From contig JAHHIK010000036.1 of assembly GCA_019358935.1 (NCBI GenBank), forward strand, positions 1 through 64,000: a DNA stretch of 64,000 bases. Direction: 5' to 3'. Made by a program: the position numbers and the translations under genes. Every line of letters starts with the position of its first letter. Position 1 is the stretch's first letter. This stretch comes from Tolypothrix carrinoi HA7290-LM1. GTDB lineage: Bacteria; Cyanobacteriota; Cyanobacteriia; Cyanobacteriales; Nostocaceae. The notes under the pieces were generated by a model, which made no database searches, was not told where the DNA came from, and saw only the letters and a list, made by a program, of their open reading frames with translations. Below, piece after piece: positions 29,921 to 41,004 of this stretch.

Positions 29921-31108
29921 ATGTTAAGTCGCAAGCAAACTCATAGTGTGGCGCAAAATCAGCAGTGCGACACCTATGCGTGGTTCTCGCAACGCGCTTG
30001 GGTGGAAATTGATTTAGGTGCTTTGTCTTTTAATGTACATCAGTTGCGAAGTTTGTTATCGCCACGTACTGAGTTAATGGCAGTGGTGAAAGCTGATGCT
30101 TATGGACATGGATCTGTAACAGTCGCTCAGACAGTGTTACAATCCGGGGCAAGTTGGTTAGGAGTCGCTACAGTTCCAGAGGCAATTCAATTGCGCGAAG
30201 CTGGAATTAAAGCTCCGATTTTGATTTTAGGAGCAACTCATACATTAGAGCAAATTCACGCGATCGCTCACTGGAAACTTCAACCAACACTGTGCAGCCC
30301 AAAGCAAGCACTAATATTTTCCGACACTTTAGAAGCGATTAAATTTACTGACTCCATCCCCGTACACATCAAACTAGACACGGGAATGTCTAGATTAGGC
30401 ACTAATTGGCAGCAAGCAGGTGAGTTTGTCCAGTTAGTGCATTCTTTGCCTCATTTAGAAATAAAAAGCATTTATTCTCACTTGGCAACCGCAGATAGTC
30501 TCGATCCGCAAGTGATGATACAACAGCATCAACGATTTGATGAGGCGATCGCCCAAATTAAAGCTTTGGGAATACAACCACCAAGTTTACATTTGGCAAA
30601 TTCAGCCGCCACTCTTGCAGATCCGGCTTTACATTATGATATGGTGCGTGTCGGGTTAGCTATATACGGACTTTCACCAGCTGTTCACTTGCGATCGCGT
30701 CTCAACTTAAAGCCAGTTTTACAATTAAAAGCGCGAGTCACCCACATCAAAACCATCGCTGCCGGCACTGGTGTCAGCTACGGTCATCAATTTATTGCCC
30801 CACACGAAATGCGCCTTGCCGTCGTCGGTATTGGTTACGCTGATGGAGTTCCTCGCAATCTCTCCGGCAAAATGCAAGTATTAATTCAAGGCAGACGAGT
30901 ACCACAGATTGGCGCAATTACAATGGATCAATTAATGCTCGATGTCAGCACTTTACCGAATATACAAGAAGGCGAAATAGTCACCTTACTTGGGGAAGAG
31001 GGAAAAGAAAAAATCTCCGCCGACGATTGGGCAGAACAATTAAACACCATTTCTTGGGAAATTCTCTGCGGATTCAAACATCGTCTGCCTCGTGTTGGTG
31101 TGATTTGA
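29921..31108 (+). CDS. alr: Alanine racemase
   Basis: AVVKADAYGHG, KLDTGMSRLG, GYADG. Confidence 0.97.
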   Translation: MLSRKQTHSVAQNQQCDTYAWFSQRAWVEIDLGALSFNVHQLRSLLSPRTELMAVVKADAYGHGSVTVAQTVLQSGASWLGVATVPEAIQLREAGIKAPILILGATHTLEQIHAIAHWKLQPTLCSPKQALIFSDTLEAIKFTDSIPVHIKLDTGMSRLGTNWQQAGEFVQLVHSLPHLEIKSIYSHLATADSLDPQVMIQQHQRFDEAIAQIKALGIQPPSLHLANSAATLADPALHYDMVRVGLAIYGLSPAVHLRSRLNLKPVLQLKARVTHIKTIAAGTGVSYGHQFIAPHEMRLAVVGIGYADGVPRNLSGKMQVLIQGRRVPQIGAITMDQLMLDVSTLPNIQEGEIVTLLGEEGKEKISADDWAEQLNTISWEILCGFKHRLPRVGVI

Positions 31109-31450
31109 TTGAAAATTGGGCATTGGGCAATGGGCATAGGGCATTGGGCATAGGTTTGGCTGTGCGGTCTTGGGGTCTCACGCCACTCCCTACAACGGGG
31201 GGAACCCCCGCAACGGGGTGGCTCCCCAAGTGGAGCACCTGCCGTCAATGGGAAGGGTGGGGGAACCCGACCCCTACTTGTCTCCCTTGTCTCCCTTGTC
31301 TCCCTTGTCTCCCTTGTCCCCCTTGTCCCCCTTGTCCCCATGCCCCATGCCCCATGCCCCATGCCCATTGCCCCATGCCCATTGCCCCATGCCCAATTCC
31401 CAATTCCCTATTGCCACAGATGATTTGTTATGCTAATATAGAAAACTGAT

Positions 31451-31532
31451 GCGGATATGGCGGAATTGGCAGACGCGCTAGATTTAGGTTCTAGTTCCGA
31501 GAGGAGTGAAGGTTCAAGTCCTTTTATCCGCA
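31451..31532 (+). tRNA. trnL: tRNA-Leu (anticodon TAG)
   Basis: GCGGATA/TATCCGC acceptor stem, CTAGA-TTTAGGT-TCTAG anticodon arm, long variable arm, GGTTCAAGTCC T-arm; CCA not encoded. Confidence 0.95.
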
Positions 31533-31780
31533 CTATTTAAAAGTTGTAGTTTTTTGGCTACAATTTATACTTAAAGAATCATTTCAGCGGCGACTGTCAG
31601 CTTCTACTGGCATCTTGTTTAGGCAAAAATGCAGTTTAAAGCTTGATTCATTGCTTGCTTGAAACTTGTATAAAATCCAGGTTTATTCATTCTCGTTGAC
31701 AAAGAGTGCCGTATCACGTTCCTAGGTGCTTTGCTGGGGAAAGAGTCAAACAATGTGAAAATATACTTTGTATAAAAAAT

Positions 31781-31888
31781 ATATAGCGGTTCTCAATTGA
31801 GTGAAATACAGCTCAGTTGGTAGGGGCAATTCATGAATTGCCCCTACATTTATAAGCGTGTATTGGACGCAACCCTTGACCGCTATAT
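31781..31888. mobile_element. MITE-like element with REP-like core
   Basis: TIR ATATAGCGGT / ACCGCTATAT; internal GTAGGGGCAATTCATGAATTGCCCCTAC palindrome. Confidence 0.6.
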
Positions 31889-32360
31889 TACATATATTAC
31901 GAGCGATCGCATTTTAAATCTCAACTAACGGTGAGAACATGATTCTTGTTAACAATAAGTAAAGTTACTTTTTGTTAATTTTACTTTATATTTTCTGACT
32001 GCAAAAAAATCCTTAAGTATTAATACTACAAGTTACCAGTTGGAACTTGTGACCGAAGGCATTATTATTGCGGTTAGAACCATAGGACATTTACCTATAG
32101 GTGACTGCCTTTATTTAGTCTTTACATTTTTTGTGATTATTCTCAAAGAATGTTTGTTAATCTCAGGTAAGTAAATTAACACTCTTACTAAAATTTAATA
32201 GATAGAAAACCTTGCTACCATTAAGCTCTGCCACAAAAGAGCGCTATAATGTTTGTCTTTTAAGCTACAGCAGTTATGATATCAATATTTGATTAAAATT
32301 GTCAAAACCTCTGTACAATTTTAGATTAAATGTATCGAAATTATCCCTAGTAAAAGTAAA

Positions 32361-33431
32361 ATGAGCACAACTCCTATAGGTAGCTACAAGTTTTCCCAGA
32401 AACTACACCCGCTATCTCTGTTAGCACAACTAACCAGTCGGCGTGCTACAGGTTGCTTACGGATATTTACCGGGAGTGTTTCTTGGTCAATCTATCTAGA
32501 GGACGGTAAACTTACTTACGCCTCTTATTCAGATAAGTTATTTGAGCGGCTGGATAACCATTTACAACAGTTGAGTCAGCAAATTCCCGCTCTTAACAGT
32601 GCGACTATAGTGCAGATGCGGCTGATGTTTGAACCGAAGGGAGAAAATCAGCGGACATCAGATGCAGATTATCAAGCTATTTGCTGGTTAGTTAATCAAG
32701 ATCATATCACTTCTTCGCAAGCAGGAACGCTGATAGAGAACTTGGCTAAAGAAGTAGTCGAGTTATTTCTTACCTTAAAAGAAGGAAGCTATGAGTTTAT
32801 TGCTGAGAATAGCTTAAATCAACTGCCAAAATTCTGTAGCTTGGATTTACGCTTGTTAGTCGAACACTGTCAAAAGCAATTGAGAAGTCAGCAAAATAAC
32901 CAGTCACCACTTCCTTCCCCCGGACAAACAAGTGTGGAAAAAGCAACCAACCTGCCGCAATCTCAACCCCAACTAATGCAGCTTGGGCAACCATTGCCAA
33001 AACAAAGCAATTTTGATAGTCAAGATAGTAACAATAATAAAATGCCAGGGCAAACTGCTAGCAAACAACTGTATACAGTTGCCTGCATTGATGATAGCCA
33101 AACAGTCTTAAATTCCATCAAGAACTTTTTGGAGGAGAACACATTTTCAGTTGTCATGATTAACGATCCGGTGAAAGCGTTGATGCAAATTCTTCGCAGC
33201 AAGCCCGATCTCATCTTATTAGACGTGGAAATGCCGAATTTAGACGGCTACGAGTTATGTTCTTTATTGCGGAGGCATTCAGCATTCAAAAATACACCTA
33301 TTATTATGGTAACGGGCAGAACAGGATTTATAGATAGAGCCAAGGCAAAGATGGTTAGGGCATCAGGCTATTTAACTAAGCCTTTCACTCAACCCGAATT
33401 GCTGAAAATGGTGTTTAAACACATTGGTTAA
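32361..33431 (+). CDS. PatA-type response regulator (PixG-like)
   Basis: N-terminal PATAN-like domain, C-terminal REC (CIDDS, LLDVEMP, TKP); first gene of the taxis cluster. Confidence 0.88.
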   Translation: MSTTPIGSYKFSQKLHPLSLLAQLTSRRATGCLRIFTGSVSWSIYLEDGKLTYASYSDKLFERLDNHLQQLSQQIPALNSATIVQMRLMFEPKGENQRTSDADYQAICWLVNQDHITSSQAGTLIENLAKEVVELFLTLKEGSYEFIAENSLNQLPKFCSLDLRLLVEHCQKQLRSQQNNQSPLPSPGQTSVEKATNLPQSQPQLMQLGQPLPKQSNFDSQDSNNNKMPGQTASKQLYTVACIDDSQTVLNSIKNFLEENTFSVVMINDPVKALMQILRSKPDLILLDVEMPNLDGYELCSLLRRHSAFKNTPIIMVTGRTGFIDRAKAKMVRASGYLTKPFTQPELLKMVFKHIG

Positions 33432-33508
33432 CTGATAACTTAATAAGGAGTAAAAATTAGAAAAAGTAACTTTAATAGTCCAAAATTACTTTTTTAGGAG
33501 ATTTAGGA

Positions 33509-33886
33509 GTGAGTCTAACTTTGCTTGGCACAATTCTGATTGTTGAAGATTCCCCCAGTGAATTGGAACTAATGAGCCATTATCTGAACGAGAGTGGTTA
33601 CAACGTAATAAAGGCAAGTGGTGCAAAAGAAGCTTTAGAAAAAGCTGTGTCAGAACAGCCAGATGTGATTGTTACCGATGTAGTAATGCCGGGAATGAGC
33701 GGGTTTGAGTTGTGTCGTTCTCTCAAAAGAAATCCCATTACTCAAAAAGTACCGATAGTGATTTGCAGTTCTAAAAATCAGGAAATTGATCGATTGTGGG
33801 CAATGAGACAAGGTGCTGATGCCTATGTAACTAAGCCGTATACTCGCGAACAACTTCTGCGGGCTATTAAATCAGTAGCGATTTGA
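33509..33886 (+). CDS. CheY-like response regulator (PixH-like)
   Basis: Single REC domain: IVEDS, TDVVMP, TKP. Confidence 0.92.
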   Translation: MSLTLLGTILIVEDSPSELELMSHYLNESGYNVIKASGAKEALEKAVSEQPDVIVTDVVMPGMSGFELCRSLKRNPITQKVPIVICSSKNQEIDRLWAMRQGADAYVTKPYTREQLLRAIKSVAI

Positions 33887-33890
33887 ATCA

Positions 33891-34388
33891 ATGAATAGTT
33901 CAAAGACTATACTCTCTGGCAAAGAAGCTCAAAATAACTTAGGAGATGGCTATCTTAGGTTTCAATTAAATCGCCAGACGGCTGCTGTATTATCAATGAA
34001 GCACACGCAAGAAGCGATTGTTGTTTCTGTTGAGTCTGTAGCTGCAATTCCCACTATGCCAGCTTGCGTACTGGGATTGATGAATTGGCGCAGTCGGATA
34101 GTTTGGGCAGTTGATCTGTCAAAAATGCTGAATCTAGAAAGCCTAGATTATAGACAGCGGCAATACAATGTGATAATTATTCGAGTGGAATCAGTGCTTT
34201 TGGGTTTAGTGGTGCAAGAAATCACAGGTACTACCAAGTTTACGCCGGATGAAATCCACTCTCCTATAGGACAAGTTGCATCTAGTTTAGTTCCCTATTT
34301 ACGTGGATGCTTTGTGCAACACAAAGAAATCTTGCTGGTATTAGATGCACAGGCAATTGTCCAGTCTTCGATTCTTCGTAATGATTAG
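33891..34388 (+). CDS. cheW: CheW-like adaptor (PixI-like)
   Basis: [24 protein letters not shown]. Confidence 0.9.
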   Translation: MNSSKTILSGKEAQNNLGDGYLRFQLNRQTAAVLSMKHTQEAIVVSVESVAAIPTMPACVLGLMNWRSRIVWAVDLSKMLNLESLDYRQRQYNVIIIRVESVLLGLVVQEITGTTKFTPDEIHSPIGQVASSLVPYLRGCFVQHKEILLVLDAQAIVQSSILRND

Positions 34389-34450
34389 GGTGTACTACTA
34401 AAAGAACGGATTTTTGGTTTTTAGATAAACCTATTCAAGCAAATTACTTT

Positions 34451-37288
34451 ATGTTTAATAAAACTGATTCGGCTAAGAGTAGTGATGCTGATAAAAACGC
34501 ATCGTTTATTTCGTCTGAAGTATCATCGGAAATCACGGATAGTAATATACCACGATTGAGAAGCAATGCGCGATCGCCAAAAAATGCCAATTCTCCCTTG
34601 AATCGTGCCTTAACTGCTTTCAAACGCCTCAATTTGCGTAGCAAAGCTACAGTTTTGGCGATCGCTATCAGCACACTGCCTGTATTAGGTATTGGTAGTT
34701 TAGCTTATCACATTGCAAGCCAATCGATTAGTAACAAAATTTCCGAGCTGCAACAAGCTGAAGCCGAAGGCTTGGCAGACAAAGTAAACCGTTTCATGAT
34801 TGAACGGTATAACGATATTCAAGTGCTGGCTAATCTGCCAATTTTGACAAATTCCAGCGTCAAGACAGTTACAACTCAACAAGATAAACAAGCACTACTA
34901 AACAAGATTAGAGAAAGTTATAAAGTCTATGACAGCATTGCTGTGTTTGACTTAAATGGTGAGCCGATTTTGCAATCCCAAGGAGAACCACTCACCAACC
35001 ATAGCGATCGCGATTACTTTCAAGCAGCGCTAAAAAGCGATCGCCCATTAATTAGCCAAGCACAAGTATCTAAAAATACAAATAAAGCTAATATTTTCAC
35101 GGTTGCACCAGTTAAGGATGCCGTCACCGGGCAAACCATCGCCATAGTCAGAGCGCAGATGCCGGTAAAAAATTTAGAAGAGGTAATTAAAAATTACGCT
35201 CTTGCGGGGCAAAAATATCATTTGATTGATGCTTCCGGGAAATTTTTCATGTCTTCGGAATCGAAGCAAATAGGTAGAGAAGCAAGAATAAATTTTCCTG
35301 GCTTGGCGAACCTACAAGCCACAAAAAAAGAAGCCACATTCAAAACAATTAACCAAATTGACAATAAAGAACAGCTAGTTAGCTACGCTGCCGAAAAGCT
35401 CAACGGTTTGCCAGATTTAAAATGGCAAGTAATTTTGGCTACAGATACAGCAACGGCATTTGCGCCGCAAAGAGACTTACTTCTGGCTATATTAGGTGGG
35501 ACGGCATTAACAATATTGTTGGTGTCTCTGCTTGCAGCTTGGTTAGCTAAACGTGCCACACAACCAATTTTGAATGCGACTCAGACAGTAGCAAGGCTGG
35601 GACAAGGTGAACTGACTACTCGCTTAGAGATAGACTCAGAAGACGAATTCGGCGAATTGGGTGAAAATATTAATTTGATGGCAGAGCAATTACAGTTGTT
35701 GTTAAAAGAACAAGAACTGGATGCAGAACGAGCAAAAATAATCACAGAAATTACTTTGCGGATTCGCCGAAATCTCAAAACCGAAGATATTTTTAAAACA
35801 GCGGTGAGAGAAGTTCGCTCGTGCTTGAGAAGCGATCGCGTAGTTATCTATAACTTCGATCGTAGCACTTGGGATGGAATGGTCGTTGCCGAATCGGTTG
35901 CGCCCGGTTATGCGAAAATGATCGGAGTGCAAATCGACGATCCATGTTTTCGGGAAAGCCATGTAGAAACTTATAAAGATGGAAGAGTGCGGGCGATCGC
36001 CAACATTTATCAAGAGCCAAGCTTGCGAAATGCAAAGTGTTACATTAGAATGTTGGAAAAATTTTCCGTCAAGGCAAATTTAATCGCACCGATGATTACA
36101 GACGGGCAATTGGTGGGTTTAATGATTACTCATCAATGCGATAGCCCCCGTTTTTGGCAACAAGCAGAAATTGATTTATTTAAGCAGGTAGCCACTCAAG
36201 TTGGCTATGCCCTAGAACAAGCAAAACTTTTAGAGGAAGTAGAACAAGGTAGACACAAGGCAGAACAAGGTTCTGAAGATGAACGTCAACAAAAAGAAGC
36301 CTTGCAAATGCAACTTCTTGAACTACTAGGGGAAGTAGAAGGTGCAGCCAGCGGAGATTTGACAGTGCGGGCTGATGTCACCACCGGGGAAATTGGCACC
36401 GTCGCCGACTTTTTCAACTCCATCGTGGAAAATTTGCGGTTGATTGTTACCCAAGTAAAACTTGCGGCTTATCAAGTAAACTATGCGATCGGTTCTAACC
36501 AAGGAGCGATGCGCGAACTGGCAGAAGATGCTATCACCCAAGCCTCAGAAATCAACCGCACCTTAGATGCTGTTGATCAAATGACCAATTCCATACAATA
36601 TGTAGCCGAAAACGCGCAACAAGCGGCTTATGTTGCTCAAAATGCTTCGCACACCGCCAAAAAGAGCGGCAAAGCAATGGATATGACAGTGCAAAATATC
36701 CTAAGATTGCGCGAAACAGTAGGCGAAACAACGAAAAAAGTCAAGCGTTTGGGAGAATCTACCCAACAAATTTCCCGCGTGGTATCTTTGATTAATCAAA
36801 TCGCCATGCAAACCAACTTACTTGCCATCAACGCCGGCATAGAAGCAGCGCGTGCGGGAGATGAAGGTCAAGGTTTTGCTGTAGTTGCGGAAGAAGTAGG
36901 TGAATTAGCAGCTCGAAGTGCAGCGGCAACAAAAGAAATTGAGCAAATTGTCGAGAACATTCAAAGAGAAACTAGCGAAGTTGTGCAAGCGATGGAAGTC
37001 GGAACCGCCCAAGTTGTAGAAGGAACCCGAATTGTTGAAGATGCTAAACACAGCTTGAGTCAAATTTTGGATGTTTCGCGCCAAATTGATTCTTTAGTAC
37101 AGTCGATTTCCACCGCTACCACATCGCAGGTAGAAACCTCGCAAACTGTCAGCCACTTGATGAGAGAAATTGCTAAGGTATCAGAGCGCACCAGCTATTC
37201 TTCGCGGCAAGTTTCTGAATCTTTGCAACAAACTGCGGTGATTTCCCAAGAGTTACAGGAAACTGTTGAAACTTTCAAGGTGGATTAG
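34451..37288 (+). CDS. Methyl-accepting chemotaxis protein with Cache, HAMP and one cyanobacteriochrome-type GAF (PixJ-like)
   Basis: 2 [10 protein letters not shown] Cache region, HAMP, GAF with DPCF and [20 protein letters not shown] signalling domain. Confidence 0.9.
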   Translation: MFNKTDSAKSSDADKNASFISSEVSSEITDSNIPRLRSNARSPKNANSPLNRALTAFKRLNLRSKATVLAIAISTLPVLGIGSLAYHIASQSISNKISELQQAEAEGLADKVNRFMIERYNDIQVLANLPILTNSSVKTVTTQQDKQALLNKIRESYKVYDSIAVFDLNGEPILQSQGEPLTNHSDRDYFQAALKSDRPLISQAQVSKNTNKANIFTVAPVKDAVTGQTIAIVRAQMPVKNLEEVIKNYALAGQKYHLIDASGKFFMSSESKQIGREARINFPGLANLQATKKEATFKTINQIDNKEQLVSYAAEKLNGLPDLKWQVILATDTATAFAPQRDLLLAILGGTALTILLVSLLAAWLAKRATQPILNATQTVARLGQGELTTRLEIDSEDEFGELGENINLMAEQLQLLLKEQELDAERAKIITEITLRIRRNLKTEDIFKTAVREVRSCLRSDRVVIYNFDRSTWDGMVVAESVAPGYAKMIGVQIDDPCFRESHVETYKDGRVRAIANIYQEPSLRNAKCYIRMLEKFSVKANLIAPMITDGQLVGLMITHQCDSPRFWQQAEIDLFKQVATQVGYALEQAKLLEEVEQGRHKAEQGSEDERQQKEALQMQLLELLGEVEGAASGDLTVRADVTTGEIGTVADFFNSIVENLRLIVTQVKLAAYQVNYAIGSNQGAMRELAEDAITQASEINRTLDAVDQMTNSIQYVAENAQQAAYVAQNASHTAKKSGKAMDMTVQNILRLRETVGETTKKVKRLGESTQQISRVVSLINQIAMQTNLLAINAGIEAARAGDEGQGFAVVAEEVGELAARSAAATKEIEQIVENIQRETSEVVQAMEVGTAQVVEGTRIVEDAKHSLSQILDVSRQIDSLVQSISTATTSQVETSQTVSHLMREIAKVSERTSYSSRQVSESLQQTAVISQELQETVETFKVD

Positions 37289-37368
37289 TCATCAGTCATT
37301 AGTCAAAGGGCGATCGCACTTTTGACTCTTGACTGTTGACTGTTTACTGTTGACTATGGACAAAAACT

Positions 37369-40300
37369 ATGTCAAAGGATAAAGAACTTGAAATCCAGAT
37401 GCAGTTTCTGGAGGAAGCAACAGATTATCTCAATACTTTAGAAGAAGTATTGCTAGAAATCAACGCAACCAACCGCATCGAATTAGATAAAATTAATGCC
37501 GCACTGAGAGCTGCTCATTCTATCAAAGGTGGCGCGGGGATGATGGGGTTTCGTGCCCTAAGTGATTTGGCTCACCGTTTAGAAGATTCTTTTAAAGTTT
37601 TAAGGACGCGAAAAAACTCTTTAGAAATTGACACGCAATTACAAAGCTTGCTGCTATCTGGCGTAGATTGGCTGCGTCAGATAGTGGAATTGCTGTCAGA
37701 GGGTAATGTGGTTGAAGATGATTGGTTAGCAACTTTTTGTTATCCAGTTTTTGATGAACTGCACGATCGCCTGGGCGATCCCACCCCAGAAGATGCCTCA
37801 ACCATACTTTCCGCAGACGAAGGGCAAGATATTATACCTCTGCTTTTTGAAACAGAAGTAGAAGGATGTTTGCAACGTCTAGAATCTGTGTTGGCAGATA
37901 GTCAACAACCTTGCTTGCGAGAAGAAGTTGCGATTATGGCAGCTGAATTGGGCGGTTTGGGAGAAATGTTGCAATTACCAGCTTTTACCCAGCTTTGTCA
38001 GTCGATCGCGCATCACATAGCAGCTACCGTTACGGATACACAAGTTGAACAAATTGCTCGGTTAGCATTGCAAGCATGGCGGCGATCGCAAGCTTTGGTG
38101 CTGACAAATCAACGAGATAGTTTACCTACAAATATCGAAGTTGAGGCGATCGCACTTGGGAGTTATGCGAATGTGGATCTGCTATCCACAGAAGAAGCTC
38201 TAGCTGAGTTTCTCGCAAGCGATGCGGTAGAATCTCACGATCAAGATGTACAAGAAGCCCTAGCTGAGTTTCTCGCAAGCGATGCGGTAGAATCTCACGA
38301 TCAAGATGTACAAGAGGCTCTAGCTGAGTTTCTCGCAAGCGATGCGGTAGAATCTCATGAGAAAGATGTACAAGAGGCTCTAGCTGAGTTTCTCGCAAGC
38401 AGTGCGGTAGAATCTCACGATAAAGATGTACAAGAGGCTCTAGCTGAGTTTCTCGCAAGCGATGCGGTAGAATCTCATGAGAAAGATGCAGAAATAGTAG
38501 AACCACTACTTTTAGAAACAGAAGACAGCGAAGAAGCTTGGCTAAATCCAGAAATAATTGCCGCAAGTTTTGAATCTTTGGAAATAGAAATTATCGACAA
38601 CGCTACTATTGACGAGCCACCAAGCGTAGTAGTTTCTAGAGAATTTTCCACCACAGATTACAAATTTGTTGAACGCAAACCAGAGCCAATTGCAGTTGGC
38701 AAAGACCGCGAAGTTCATGAAAATACAGTTAGAGTTCCCAGCAAACAACTTGAGCAAATTAACGATTTATTTGGGGAACTAATTATCCAGCGCAATGGAC
38801 TGAACTTGCAAATGGAAAGATTACGCAAACTCATACGTAATCTTAGCCAGCGAGTGCATGTTTTAGAGCGAGAAAATCAGGAACTACGCACAGCATACGA
38901 CAAAATTACTACTCATGCTGGAGTACCATCTAATTCACCATCACTAACATATCCAGGTAATGGCAATTCAGACAACTTTGCATTTGACGATAGCGACTAT
39001 TCACCCCAGCTAGAAAGGGGATTTGATGCCTTAGAAATGGATCGCTATAACGAATTAAGCCTCTTGTCGCAGGAGGTAATGGAAACCATTGTTCAAGTAC
39101 AAGAAGTCACAACTGATATTCAACTGAGTGTTGACGATACAGATCAATTTGCCAGAAAGTTAAACAAAACATCAAAGCATTTACAAACAAAGCTTACACA
39201 AATACGGATGCGTCCGTTATCAGATTTACTCGATCGCTTTCCCAGAGCTTTGCGCGACATGAATGTAGAATATGGCAAAAATGTTCAATTGAAAGTTGAA
39301 GGTGGCAACACTTTAATTGAACGCAGCATTTTAGAAGCATTAAACGATCCTTTAATGCACCTATTAAGAAATGCTTTCGATCACGGCATCGAAGATCCAG
39401 CTACCCGTAAAGCTGCCGGTAAACCAGAACAAGCATTGATTGAAATTAAAGCCACTCACCGCAGTAATCGTACAATCATTACTATGCGTGATGATGGACG
39501 TGGCATGGACTTGGATAAAATTCGCGATCGTGCCGCAGCTATGGGTTTAGATGCAACTCTTCTGGCACAAGCAAGTGACGAAGAACTGTTATCGCTCATT
39601 TTTGAACCGGGATTTAGCACCTCCGACCAAGTTACAACATTATCCGGTCGCGGTGTCGGTATGGATGTGGTTCGCAACAACCTGAAACAAATCCGGGGAG
39701 ATGTCAAAGTTGATACAGTCCTCGGAGTTGGAACCACTATTACCATGTCAGTGCCGTTTACACTTTCTGTAGCACGAGTACTGCTGGTAGAAAGTAATCG
39801 AATGCTATTGGCATTTCCCACAGATGTAGTTTTGGAAATATTCTTACTCCAAAACGATCAAGTTTTCCCAATGGCTGGTAGCGAAGTTATCAATTGGCAA
39901 GGAACTATGCTGCCTTTGATTCGCTTAGGACAGCACTTAGAATTTAATTGCCCCCGTTATAATAGCCCAGATTTAGAAACTGCCCCGGCGATTAATGCTG
40001 CCAATGTGTTAATCATCAAAGGTAACAACCAGCCGGCAGCAGTGCAAATAGATCGTTGTTGGGGTGAACAAGAAGTTGCCATCCGCCAAGTTGAGGGAAA
40101 TATACCTTTGCCTAATGGTTTTAGCAACTGTACAATTCTTGGTGATGGTCGAGTAGTGGCTTTAGTTAACGCTAACGAGTTATTGTATTGGATTGCCACT
40201 AATCAGCGCACACCTAAAACCAGTAAATTGCCATCAACAAAATTAAAAACTGCCTTCCTCGTACCTAATGATGATAAAGCAATTTTGCCGCCGCCTGATA

Positions 40301-40698
40301 ACCAGAAAGGCACTATTTTGATCGTAGATGACTCAATAAATGTCCGGCGCTTTTTGGCTTTGACTCTCGAAAAAGGAGGGTATCAAGTAGAACAGGCGAA
40401 AGATGGTCAAGATGCTTTGGATAAACTTAATAGTGGCTTGCAAGTTCAAGCGGTGATTTGTGATATCGAAATGCCGCGCATTGATGGTTACGGATTTTTA
40501 GGTCGTGTTAAATCAAATAATGATATGAAAAATATACCGATTGCCATGTTAACATCTCGCAGTAGTGATAAACATCGGCAACTGGCATTGCAATTGGGTG
40601 CGCGAGCCTACTTTTCTAAACCTTACAATGAGCAAGAATTGTTGCGAACTTTAGAGCAAATCATCTTTCGTATGGCAGAGGCAGCATCATCTAATTAA
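37369..40698 (+). CDS. cheA: CheA-like hybrid kinase (Hpt-HATPase-CheW-REC; PixL-like)
   Basis: AHSIKGGA, HLLRNAFDHGIE, SGRGVGMDVV, C-terminal REC. Confidence 0.93.
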   Translation: MSKDKELEIQMQFLEEATDYLNTLEEVLLEINATNRIELDKINAALRAAHSIKGGAGMMGFRALSDLAHRLEDSFKVLRTRKNSLEIDTQLQSLLLSGVDWLRQIVELLSEGNVVEDDWLATFCYPVFDELHDRLGDPTPEDASTILSADEGQDIIPLLFETEVEGCLQRLESVLADSQQPCLREEVAIMAAELGGLGEMLQLPAFTQLCQSIAHHIAATVTDTQVEQIARLALQAWRRSQALVLTNQRDSLPTNIEVEAIALGSYANVDLLSTEEALAEFLASDAVESHDQDVQEALAEFLASDAVESHDQDVQEALAEFLASDAVESHEKDVQEALAEFLASSAVESHDKDVQEALAEFLASDAVESHEKDAEIVEPLLLETEDSEEAWLNPEIIAASFESLEIEIIDNATIDEPPSVVVSREFSTTDYKFVERKPEPIAVGKDREVHENTVRVPSKQLEQINDLFGELIIQRNGLNLQMERLRKLIRNLSQRVHVLERENQELRTAYDKITTHAGVPSNSPSLTYPGNGNSDNFAFDDSDYSPQLERGFDALEMDRYNELSLLSQEVMETIVQVQEVTTDIQLSVDDTDQFARKLNKTSKHLQTKLTQIRMRPLSDLLDRFPRALRDMNVEYGKNVQLKVEGGNTLIERSILEALNDPLMHLLRNAFDHGIEDPATRKAAGKPEQALIEIKATHRSNRTIITMRDDGRGMDLDKIRDRAAAMGLDATLLAQASDEELLSLIFEPGFSTSDQVTTLSGRGVGMDVVRNNLKQIRGDVKVDTVLGVGTTITMSVPFTLSVARVLLVESNRMLLAFPTDVVLEIFLLQNDQVFPMAGSEVINWQGTMLPLIRLGQHLEFNCPRYNSPDLETAPAINAANVLIIKGNNQPAAVQIDRCWGEQEVAIRQVEGNIPLPNGFSNCTILGDGRVVALVNANELLYWIATNQRTPKTSKLPSTKLKTAFLVPNDDKAILPPPDNQKGTILIVDDSINVRRFLALTLEKGGYQVEQAKDGQDALDKLNSGLQVQAVICDIEMPRIDGYGFLGRVKSNNDMKNIPIAMLTSRSSDKHRQLALQLGARAYFSKPYNEQELLRTLEQIIFRMAEAASSN
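38192..38490 (+). repeat. Five in-frame 60-bp tandem repeats in the CheA linker
   Basis: EALAEFLASDAVESHDQDVQ-like 20-aa unit, five copies. Confidence 0.95.
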
Positions 40699-41004
40699 AC
40701 TTGGGAATGGGGCAATGGGGGATGGAGACAAGGAGACAAGGGGGAGCAGGGGGGGCAGGGGGGGCAGGGGGGGCAGGGGGAGAAATATTTCTTCTTTACC
40801 CTTTCACGGCGGATGCTCCACTTGGGGAGCCACCCCCGTGGGCGGGTTTCCCGACTTGAGGGGAGTGGCGTGAAACCCCAAGACCGCACCGCCTCCCCTT
40901 TCCCCCTTCCCCCTCCTCAAATTGCCCAATGCCCATTGCCCTATGACGCCAGTTGCCTCAACGGAGGGCACCTCCGCACGGCACTGGCTCCCCCATGCCC
41001 ATTA

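Noticed and set aside
31533..32360. Island integrated at tRNA-Leu
   Set aside because: No integrase and no duplicated tRNA 3' end seen; the downstream genes are a typical taxis cluster
38192..38490. CRISPR-like 60-bp periodicity
   Set aside because: Whole units are near-identical and in frame within cheA
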